Assembly (NCBI GenBank): GCA_000320545.1
Contig: ADNK01003331.1
Coordinates: 22,577-86,576, forward strand
DNA length: 64,000 nt
Direction of reading: 5' to 3'
Source of the DNA: Bigelowiella natans CCMP2755
Lineage: Eukaryota; Protista; Cercozoa
Below, in pieces: positions 1 to 9,971 of this stretch. A program made the translations under genes and the position numbers. Numbering within the stretch: the first letter of the stretch is position 1; each line of letters starts with the position of its first letter. Below the pieces are notes generated by a model. It saw only the letters and a list, made by a program, of their open reading frames with translations, had not been told where the DNA came from and did not search any database.

Positions 1-636
1 GGCAGGTACAAGCCAATACGTATAGCTTGGTATACCAGGCATGTTCCAGGCATTTTTATATTAGGTTTTGCTAGCAACAACAACATGTCATCTACTACGT
101 ACGAACACAACACTACAATAAAAACGGTTATAGTCGTCGAGCGTATACGTTAATGCATGCATGCTAGCAGCGCGTGATTATTATCCGTTCCGAATGATGC
201 GATGCGATGCTGCATTTTTGCATGTACAATATCATCGATTTATAGCTAGTTATTATTAAATTGGCTTTGTGATTGCTCTAAGACGCCAATGAATCGCCAC
301 CCACATATATTTACATTTTGTATGGCTTACGCCAAGCAGCAGCACAAAGGCACGCATTACCACTGCGACGATCTAGCAAAGATTGCTCTAATCATCAGCT
401 ATGCACACACACAAAGCATATTTGTTAGCGTCGATAATCGACAATGTTGCCATAGATAGTACGTACATTAGTTTCCGATAGGCGTCACCGTACATATAAG
501 ATCGACATATTTCAACTGCATCGTGTGCCATACACTCATATCTATTGAGCAGCGCCTTATACAAACAGCTAGATCTGCCGGGAAACAATGCGGAACGTTT
601 TCCTCCTCAAATTGTTAATTTGAATAATAACTCATT

Positions 637-1361
637 TTAGGATTTGTTTGCTTTCGCAGCTTCTTTCTTCTTCTTAGCAGCAGCTGCGTTGGCAGCACGT
701 TGTCGTTCAGCCTCGGCTCGTTCAGCTTCCTCTCTCTCTTTCTCAGCTTCTTCAGCCAAGCGTTTCCTAGTTAGAGATTCCACACACAATAGGAGACAAA
801 TGCAGATCAGTACGATGCGCTTGGATTTCTACGTCCATATTTTGCTGGTGTGGCGTGATGTACACAAGATCCTATGAAGAAGAATGGGTGAAAGATAAAG
901 ATGCTCGCGTGCTTCAAGCCAACATTTCCTTGATACCTTCTCTTCTTTTTCTTCTCCTCCAACTTGGCTTGAAGCTCCTCTTGTTTGCATGATATGAGGT
1001 CCTGGTGGTATTCATAGTAGAAGTAGCACCAGCCGGAGCAGTAGTATACGTGAAGGTAATCAGCATGAGATCGAATATTTATTGCCATAATGCTTATTCG
1101 AGACATTAGTAAAGCTACAATCTCCCTTTAAATTCTCCCCTTTAAATAAGAGCTTGCACATTCTTGCCCTTTCCCACTGCATTATTTGTTTGAAATGAAG
1201 CCATTTTAGTAGTAATTGCATAGTAACACACACCTCGTCGCAGTAGCACACGTCATAAGCGGCGACAACCATGCAGATGTATGAGCAAAACTTGCTCTCC
1301 TTCAACCCATCTTGCACACGGAGATATCTGGAGAATTATAAATGTTACCGATATCGTTTTG

Positions 1362-1417
<56 letters not shown>

Positions 1418-3455
1418 AGGCAAGACGACGTTGAGAACTACCCATTCAGTGAATACAACAAACATGCATGAAGAACAACGGTGCCTCGACCAAATCCCAC
1501 CTTAGAATAGCTTCTCTTCGTTGCTTTCTCTCCTTCCAAGTACGTTCTCCGCGGAATACGGCCTTGCTCATACGCTCTACATTGGCCAATCATGAGAATG
1601 GTAGTAAAGGTAGGAAGAGGAGGAGGATCACGTCAGAAGTGAGGTAGTATTTAGAACAACCAGATTGTTTGCAGCTTGTAACGAGGAATGCAACAAGATA
1701 TGCACATTGCTATTTCTCGCAAGCTCTGTAATGATCGTTTTTCTTCTCTTTTCAACAATTCGTCGTCTGCAAGGATCTACCCCTCCCCCCCTTCAGTCCC
1801 GTCAACAATCTCATCTTTGTGGCTTCACTTACGAATAAGTTGCGGAGAGAATTGGTCCTCCATGCACGCGCGAAGATCTGGCTCCTTCATGCTAGGAATC
1901 TTTTAAAGAGTATACACACACGCACAAGTACAATAATAACACATGCGAAAGGGAGGTGGGCGATTGACTCAGCTGATTAATATGTTTGTTCTGTGCGCTT
2001 ATCAACCTAGCATAGTATTGATTTTTGCTTTCTACTAATGCTACGAAGGCTGGCTGTGGTAAGTGCATGCCCTTCATGCATCGCATTCCCCGTCTCACTC
2101 GGGTTTTTTTTAATATCGTTTTCATTCTATTCCTACGCTCTTCTTGTTCTTACTACGATGAAATAGTGTACCTCTGGAAACCAAGATGCCCTCACGTCGT
2201 CGATATCATAATCCATTCCTGATGGCGAAGAAACCCATCGGGTTACGACTTACATGCACATCAAAGTAATTTGAAGAGGAAGACATACCATGAGCAACTA
2301 GAAACTCTGTCATGGCATAATCGCCTCGATACGCCTGTGAAAGGTAAAGGAATATTCCAATAGCATCAATTTATGAAGATGGTTGTTCCCAAGCATGTAA
2401 TATAAACGTTCTAAAGATACATATATAGCATGATACATACCGCCCACTGCACAGGAGTCAATCCTTGATTCAAAACGATCTTCTGATCCTGAAAATTCTG
2501 TTAAATAGTTACCCAATCAGAGCAGTTTCAGCCATCATGCAGCGGTTTCATATGCAAGGTACAAGATAGAAATGAGCTTCAATCAGAAGATAGCATAAGA
2601 AGTACTACTTTCAAAGCAAGCGAATCTCCCAGCCGCGAGCACATCCATCGCAATTTAGCCAATCCTGATGATGGACAAATTTGTCAACAACAGTCTTATT
2701 CTTTGGGTTCTCTTCATTCCACAGCGTTAGTCCCCTCTTTCGGGCATGAGCGTCAAGCGGCGTAGGCGTTGAGTCGGGCAATAGACGTGTACTATTTAGG
2801 CTGTTTCAAGGTTGTTTTCAGGTAAGGATGAAAAGTACCTCCGTCCACGACGAGAGTTTTCACTGCCTCTACCATTCCTGCAAATAGAAGAACCCAATTA
2901 TTAATAGAATGCGTTGGATATATTTTAGCAGGTCTTCGGTGCGCAAGCTATAAAAACCTGTCTCAGAAGCCACTCCCAGGGCAGTGCAACCAGTTTTACC
3001 ATCCTTTATCACAACCATTATGATGTTATCTTTACAGTGATTACCAGCATAGTGTAGGTAATGCCGTGTTAGCTACTAATGTACAACAACGCTATGCAAC
3101 AAATAGCGCCGAACCTTATCTTGCTGGTCGACATTGACATATGCTTCAAGCTCCCACAACCCGCCATTCGCCCCGGATACTCTACAGAGCAAAGCAAATA
3201 CTGACTACCATATAGCGAAGAAAGACATACACGAGAGCAATACTTCAATTTAGCCCAGTGCAACAACGTTTTGAGAACGTCAACGTGGCCCTTCTCAGCA
3301 GCCTGATATTCATAAAATAAGGGAAGATGAGGAGTCTGTAAAGGATAGAGAGGAAACTAGTGCCGCTCACACATCAGAAACACAAAAGAAAACGCCAACA
3401 AGCGCCCGCAAGAAACGCGTGTAAATTAGTTAGTAAGATTAGTTGTCGCATAAAG

Positions 3456-3505
<50 letters not shown>

Positions 3506-4467
3506 CAGAGAGAGAGGGAGAGGGAGGGAGAGAGAGAGAGAGAGCGACGGGAAGATGGTACCATGTGAAGAGGGGTACGTCCAGCATTCACGTCAGCCTT
3601 TTCCTGTATTGTAATGTAAAGGCCAAGGAGACAACAACAGTCAATAGTGCTCTGCTGCTGCTGCTGCTTAAATGCCATACTCTAAAACGACCACTGCAAC
3701 AGTCTAAAGCCGGAATTCTTCATCTTAGCCCCCCCCCCCCCCCCCATAGATTATCAGTGAATAACAAGGCGAAATACCGAAAAAGACTGTCAACTTTCTC
3801 AAGGCTATCGTAGTGTTTGTATTGGTTGTTTCTCATGATAGTCTCTTCCTTTCCTCTATCACTGCCCACCGACCGATATAGTGATGTTGCAATTTCTTGC
3901 TAGATCCTTGTCCAAAATCAACTGCATAATCTTGGCGTCGCCCTGAAAAAAAAGCCCAGGCAAATATCAGTATTATCGACAATGCTACCGGAAAAACGCC
4001 ATGGGAATGCAAATTTCTTTCTCAAGATTAACAGAGAACACGTTTGTAGTACCATGAGAGCAGCGTGGTGTGGGGTTGGAATTGGTGGGGTAATAGATAC
4101 CAGAAGGCTGTCCTAATAATGGCGGAATTGGTAGTGATTTATTTATTATTAGCCCTTCAAGGTTAAGGAAGTTGAAAGCGATTAAAAGATGGTGGAAGTT
4201 GTAGATGTGAGAACAACCTGCGCGTGTAGGATCTTCTCGACCCTCTCATTTGTATCGAGTAAGTACTTACAAACCTGATGATGGTGGAAATTTTAATGCT
4301 GATAAGAATAATAATGTATTCCAATCACGAAAATTAACAATAAAAAACGATACAAAAATTACGACACAAAAGCTATAAGCGTTGGGAACAACCCAATTCT
4401 AATACGAAGCATCAATGTACGCATGTTCTAAATGTATATCACTTCATAGCGTCCATGTCAGTGTCAG

Positions 4468-4507
<40 letters not shown>

Positions 4508-5437
4508 CGATTGTTCTGATGATTCGATAGAGAGAAGACAATACTTCAAAATTCTTGAGTTTTATCGCATCAGTAAGATGGTCCGTGAACACCTGGAAAA
4601 TGAACCAAAACAATCAAATCAAGGCGAGGAGGACCTGAATACGACGCATCAAAAAAAATCGGGAAATTATCTGAAAATAGGAATTTCCTAATGATGGCTG
4701 CATTTACAGATAATATATACTTCACTATGAGCAATTTCCACCACCTCAGCGTTATGATTGATCAGGACTTTGCAGATTTCCAAATTCCCCAACTGCACCT
4801 GACAGATAGTTTCAATCCATTTAGCTGCATATGAGAACAAGTAATTTTCCATCGTTGAGGAATAGGAACTTATCCATACCGCTCGCTTGAGGGGCTTTCC
4901 TTTGAATTTTCCCGACTTTTCGAATCCACACACCTGAGAAACGCAGACATCACATAATGAAAAGATGTGTTCCCAACTCTTTCCCAAATGGGCAGATGAT
5001 CGGTTTGCATAATTTCTACTAGGGTTCCTAGTTAAAAAAAAATCCATAACAATACGGCTAAGTCCAAATCTTAAATATCCACGCACCAATGCCGTTTGTG
5101 AGCTCGCGTCCCTTTCTTTTGGCTCTTCTGCCGATGGATCTTCAAGTTCGATCTAACCAAACGCAAAAAATGCAGACTTCCTAAATCATTCGGGAGTGTA
5201 AGCGAGTTGGTGCGAATACCAGTTTGGTGATATCCTCTGAGGTGATTTTTTTCTTTTCGATTTTCTGGTCTATATCGCCAGGAATAGGCACACTGATCTC
5301 CCGAAAGGACACATACTATCGGAAAGGTAGAGATAACTCATGACACAGAAGATTAGCGGAAATAGGCATAAATGAATGCCTTCAACTGAATCATTATTCG
5401 CGCAGAAATACCTGCAAGAGCTTCTGGAATAGCTCAT
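637..5437 (-). CDS. Multi-exon ankyrin-repeat protein with C-terminal coiled coil (may be two adjacent genes; 5' boundary approximate)
   Basis: Minus-strand exons with ankyrin motifs: VQLGNLEICKVLINHNAEV (~4740-4800), EKADVNAGRTPLHM (~3560-3605), AAEKGHVDVLKTLL (~3265-3303), DGKTGCTALGVASETG (~2958-3003), GMVEAVKTLVVDGG (~2840-2878). Last exon KRLAEEAEKEREEAERAEAERQRAANAAAAKKKKEAAKANKS* ends at TAA 637-639. Confidence 0.6.
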
Positions 5438-5949
5438 GCGGTAGAGTCGGTCCTTTGTTCTTTTTTTTCCCTTTCTTTTTTCCCATTATCAGAAGTAAAC
5501 AAACCTTATTTTGGCCTGATGGGATTTTATAATTATTGGTACATTTACTTCTAGAGAGTAGGTCGCTAAAATGAGGGGCAATCGAAAGAAGATAGGCTGT
5601 CTTGAGTCACATGATCGCTGGTTTCGATAAAATATCATAGTTATTATTCATCTGCTCTACTTGGATTTCAAAAACGCCTTATGCATGCATAGAACGAAAC
5701 ACGGATATCCGTATGCATCGATGAATTGTTGCAACCTCTGTCTCTTCGATTGGATTTCTTTGCTCGAGGAGGGAGGGGCGATTTGTGTTCAAACCGTTTT
5801 AAGCATTATCTAGAGTATTCGCTCTTGAAACTGATGAGAAAAGGGATCCAAATGCCCACTATTTATGCAGGACGACAATATTTTTTATATGTCGTTCTTA
5901 GGTACCCAATCGTTGGTGCGTTTCTCGGGAGCCACGTGTTAGTGAAAAG

Positions 5950-6673
5950 ACACTTTGGAAATGTAGTTTTTCATCATTGTTTCATTGTTTCCTGTGTGTT
6001 TTTTCTTTACCCGGAAAACATCTGTACATCACATTGTTCTTGTTCTTGTTTCGTACACTGCAAATATCTCGTTACATTTTGGAAATGTAGTTCTTTGTCA
6101 TTGTTCATTGTTCTTGTTCTTGCACAACAACGCCAATCAATGACCAAGTCATGCCATTTTGGCAAACCAGCTAGTTGATTTGCTAGTCACAGTCCTCACT
6201 GAAACCAGTTCGAGGCACTGCATTTTGCACGCTGCAAGTGTCTTGCAACACTTTGGAAATGTAGTTTTTCATCATTGTTTCATTGTTTCATTGTTTCAAT
6301 GCCGACCTGGCCAAAACGTTCAATCAAAAACAATTTTCTGAGCTGTCAACGCATGTTTGTTCCTCAACGGGAAACTTTTTGCATTGTCAGCCCCATGTTC
6401 ATGTTCGAAGGTGCAGTGCATCGTGCTCGTCGTCCAATCGATCCAGCGTTCAAAGCACACACGTGACAACTTCACTCGCAGGATCTGTGGCGCACCCCAA
6501 GTTCAAATCACAACAGCCAGGCAGTTGCGTCGTTGCTTTGGGCGGTGTCGCACAGGCCACCCTCCAGCCCTGCGCAGCAACAATGCTGGAATGCTGGAAT
6601 GGCAGTCCAGCACTGGGCACGCACCTTGGGAACAATGAGGACAATGATGAAAAACTGCATTTCCAAAGTGTTG
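5950..6673. repeat. Local ~40-bp repeat family ACACTTTGGAAATGTAGTTTTTCATCATTGTTTCATTGTTTC, three direct copies and one inverted copy
   Basis: Direct copies at ~5950-5991, ~6074-6113 (degenerate) and ~6246-6298; inverted copy at ~6629-6673 (reverse complement caacactttggaaatgcagtttttcatcattgtcctcattgttcc). Confidence 0.85.
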
Positions 6674-7580
6674 GGTTCACCTTCACATCGTGTTTCACAG
6701 CAGCCAGCGACCGTTGCATCATGGCGCTGCTCGGTGTGGCTTTCACGTTCAACGTGCTTTCCAGTTTTGGCACCGCTAGACCGTCAGCGAGCGAGCCAAT
6801 TTTGACAGCTGCACAGGAAGCAATGTGAGGAAACTCCGGACAGAGAAGTGCCGCCCATCCATGCCAGCACGCGAGCCTTGGCGCGCGCCATGATGGACAC
6901 AGCAACACACTGCGTGCATGTCTGTCATCGCCCTGCTCTTTGTGCATCGTTTTTTGGTGCTTGCATTGGGAAGGTGTGGATCATTGCAGGAGGCACTCAC
7001 GTCAAGACGCACGATGGCCAGGTCGTGGTGTCAGATGGTCAGGTTCACGTTCTCCAGTTCTCACGCGGACACGCTAGCTGGCCATGTGGTCAGTTTGCGA
7101 CCACCAAGTGCATGTGAGCGCGCATGCTCATGCACAAGTGCAAATGGTGGTGCACGTTGTGCTTCATCACGTCTCACATTTTCATGTGAGCATGCTCATG
7201 CAGGTTCAGGCTGTCGTCACTGCAGCTTGGCTGGTCACATGGGGGCATGCAACGTGAGTTGCATGCCCAGAAACGTGGTCACAGGAGGGGGCGTGTGCAG
7301 CTGGAAACAATGATCTCGGTCAACTCCCAAACCGTGGATGTTTCCAGGAGCACCCTCGGCACTTTGCTTGCGACAAGTGGTCGGCCTGCGTGTCACAATG
7401 TCATGGGGAAAAATGGCCTGCACTTTTCCCAATGTTTCAGGCAACTGCGACTGCGCAGCATGTTGCTGCTGGGGATGCTGTGTGCCCAGCACGTGACGTG
7501 CATTGGCGCGCAACCAGCTGGTTCAGCATGCTCCAAACGACCCGCAAGCACGCGGTGAGCTTTCCCCACTGCAAGGGGAA
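6091..7580. other. TpA-erased tract 1 (probable relic of repetitive or foreign DNA, identity unresolved)
   Basis: By eye only 5 TA dinucleotides in ~1.5 kb (about 6172, 6184, 6262, 6777, 7075), four of them in CTAG. Overlapping Tyr-free ORFs in several frames. Confidence 0.8.
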
Positions 7581-7718
7581 GTAGCAGATGCTCTCTTACA
7601 CAACGGTACAATTATTGAACATTGTTACTCTGGTTTGGAAATACAATCATAATAGAGTTATGATGATTGTGTCTGTTTTGTTCTAGTTGCATGCCGATGG
7701 AAAAGTGTGCTTCGGTGT

Positions 7719-7916
7719 TCAAGCATAGTCATCTACAACTTCGCTCATTAGACAAATGTGGACTTCCATGAGTTTATCTCTTAGTTTGCGATAGAATTCA
7801 GGATTCAGTTCGGCTTTTGGTTCATCTATTACGAGGACGATTTCACCAAGTTTATGGTCAATGTCACAGATTTTATCTGCTGTGCTACTTTTATTTACTT
7901 GATTAATATTACTCAT
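7719..7916 (-). CDS. Small intronless hypothetical protein (65 aa) in virus-like insert
   Basis: AT-rich intronless ORF sharing an upstream motif (TAAAGAATT...ATAAsATTAA-ATG) with ORF 8162-8821. Confidence 0.5.
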   Translation of the reverse strand: MSNINQVNKSSTADKICDIDHKLGEIVLVIDEPKAELNPEFYRKLRDKLMEVHICLMSEVVDDYA

Positions 7917-7948
7917 ATTAATCTTATGGTGAGATAATTCTTTAAATA
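7917..7948 (-). promoter_or_regulatory. Putative viral-type promoter TATTTAAAGAATT-N8-ATAAGATTAAT-ATG
   Basis: Same motif and similar spacing to the ATG as at 8822-8850. Confidence 0.5.
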
Positions 7949-8041
7949 GAAATCATAGCTGGATGTTTTGTAAAAGTGGAATCCTTTTGCTAATAGTATA
8001 TGTTGTTAAGTATGTATGTTGTGGCAGTCGCATATATGTTA

Positions 8042-8126
8042 GCATATCGCTTCGTAATAGCAGTCGCATATAGCACCGCACATCGCTTCGTAATAGCAGT
8101 CGCATGTGTATTAGCACGGCATATCG
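8042..8126. repeat. Short tandem repeat (~36-41 bp unit, gcatatcgcttcgtaatagcagtcgcatat)
   Basis: Copies at 8042-8077 and 8078-8118, plus a partial copy from 8119. Substitutions fall at TA vs CA/TG positions. Confidence 0.85.
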
Positions 8127-8161
8127 TTTGTTTCATAGGTAGGAACACATATTTGCATGTT

Positions 8162-8821
8162 CTACTTTGTTGATGGTGTGTGTTGTTGTCTTGTTTTCAA
8201 ACATTTCTTGGTCCTTTGATGTCTTCGTAAATGCTTTTTGGTTATGGCACAATTACAGAACTCACAATTTGCCTTTTGTTTAATTTCTTCTAACATTTTT
8301 TCTTTGTTTGCTTCTCTATGTTTTTTGTTGTGTTGTGTTAGTGTGTGTTGTTGTCTTTTTTTCAGACATTTCTTGGTTCTTTGATGTCTTCGTAAATGCT
8401 TTTTGGTTACAGCACAATTACAGAACTCACAATCTACCTTTTGTTTCATTTCTTCTAACATTTTTTCTTTGTTTGCTTCTCTATATTTTTTGTTGTGTTG
8501 TTTTATTTTTTCTTTGTTCGCTTCTCTGTATTCTTTCTTTTGTTGATTTATTTTTTCTTTATTTGCTTCTCTGTAGTTTTTGCTGTATTGTTTCATTTTT
8601 TCTTTGTTCTTTATTCTATATATTTTGGTCGCTATTCTTATTTCTTCTTTTAACAATTTGTATAACTTTCTTCTATCATTTTTAATTTTTTCCTCCAAAG
8701 CACAACCTTTTTCCATACTGATATACTCCTCTTTCAAACTATTTCTCATTTTAGCGACATCAAGTTGTATTATTTTTATGTTTTTTCTTATTTTTAATAA
8801 TTCATTTTTTAACTCTTCCAT
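8162..8821 (-). CDS. Virus-like protein with YREANKEK repeats and duplicated CxxCxC...HLRRHQRTKKC zinc finger (219 aa)
   Basis: Intronless, very AT- and Lys-rich; four (Y/H)REANKEK units and a 165-nt internal duplication. The architecture resembles small proteins of NCLDV, virophage and Polinton-like viruses (recognised by motif, not searched). Confidence 0.7.
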   Translation of the reverse strand: MEELKNELLKIRKNIKIIQLDVAKMRNSLKEEYISMEKGCALEEKIKNDRRKLYKLLKEEIRIATKIYRIKNKEKMKQYSKNYREANKEKINQQKKEYREANKEKIKQHNKKYREANKEKMLEEMKQKVDCEFCNCAVTKKHLRRHQRTKKCLKKRQQHTLTQHNKKHREANKEKMLEEIKQKANCEFCNCAITKKHLRRHQRTKKCLKTRQQHTPSTK

Positions 8822-8850
8822 TTAATGTTATAATATTCAATTCTTTATAT
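8822..8850 (-). promoter_or_regulatory. Putative viral-type promoter ATATAAAGAATT-N7-ATAACATTAA-ATG
   Basis: Immediately upstream of the ATG at 8821; matches the motif at 7917-7948. Confidence 0.5.
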
Positions 8851-8965
8851 CGTTTTCCTCTTCATTTTAATTTCAACCCCACTCAAATTAGTGCTTTCTT
8901 TTACCTCCTTCATTTTATAATTAATGAGGGCTTCTGGGGCTTTTCAAAAACCAAACTTTTTAATA

Positions 8966-9005
<40 letters not shown>

Positions 9006-9193
9006 TACTTACATACTTTAATATATAGAACCCCCGCCCTTGAAAAACACCCCCTGGGAAACATAAGTACAATAATGTAATATGATACAGCATAATAATA
9101 CAGTCGCATAACATAGTCGCATCGCTTTGCGAGGTGTGCTTAGCACACACACTGCCATTGGCAGTTATAACAATCATCATTATTATTACTTAC

Positions 9194-9850
9194 ACATCAC
9201 ACACGTCAGACACAGCACACGTGATCTGGACTAGCAGATGATGTGCACAATCTGGACAATGTGTGCAACGTGTGCGCATGTGTCTGTTGTTCAGCGCGCG
9301 CGCACTGTTCCAGTGTTGCTGCGGTGCTCCAATTGTGCCAGTGTGGTCCTGTCGGTCCAGTTAGCCAGACTTGTGGACCATGTCGCATGCGCACGTCGCT
9401 AGCTGGACAAGTGCAGGACGTGCGAGCACGTGTGGGCCCCTGGCGGGCTAGCGGGGCACACGTGTGCGTGATGCCTTGATTTGGTTTCACAATCAAGACC
9501 AGAGACATGTGATTTTGCATGACACCAAGTGCAGATGTGTGATGCATGCTAGCATGCGTGACTGCGTGACACCCACACACAAGTGTGCATGCACAAATTC
9601 GAGATTTGTCGATATTTTTCTTCTGTGCATGTTCTGCTAGCTAGCTAGTCTAGCTAGCTAGATGTGTACAGGCATAGATGCGGCACGTGCGCACTGGCGA
9701 ACTGCACAGAGTCAGCATCAACGGATGCTGCATCTGTCATGTCTACATGTCGCATTGTCATCTAGATCATCGTCATGCATGGCTGGAATTTGAAACGAAT
9801 GCACATCATTTGCGAAATTTCAGTGGTGACTGTTAGCATTTTGAACGTAT
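9194..9850. other. TpA-depleted, CTAG-rich tract 2
   Basis: Residual TA is mostly in CTAG (e.g. gctagctagctagtctagctagctag ~9636-9661); excess TGCA, CATG and CACGTG. Confidence 0.75.
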
Positions 9851-9971
9851 CATTTGCCACGTAAGCTACTTCATTAATTCTTTCGAGAGACATTTTTAGT
9901 TGCTAGCATGTGCGACATGGAGTATTTTGTGAAAGTTTTTGGCTAATGTCATTCGCATATTTGTCAATTCA

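Noticed and set aside
6246-6673. MITE defined by the inverted repeat pair
   Set aside because: No target-site duplication, and extra direct copies lie outside the pair; kept only as a repeat.
6283-7611. Multiple 90-180-aa Cys/His-rich ORFs
   Set aside because: Same stop-depletion artefact; no recognisable motif in any frame.
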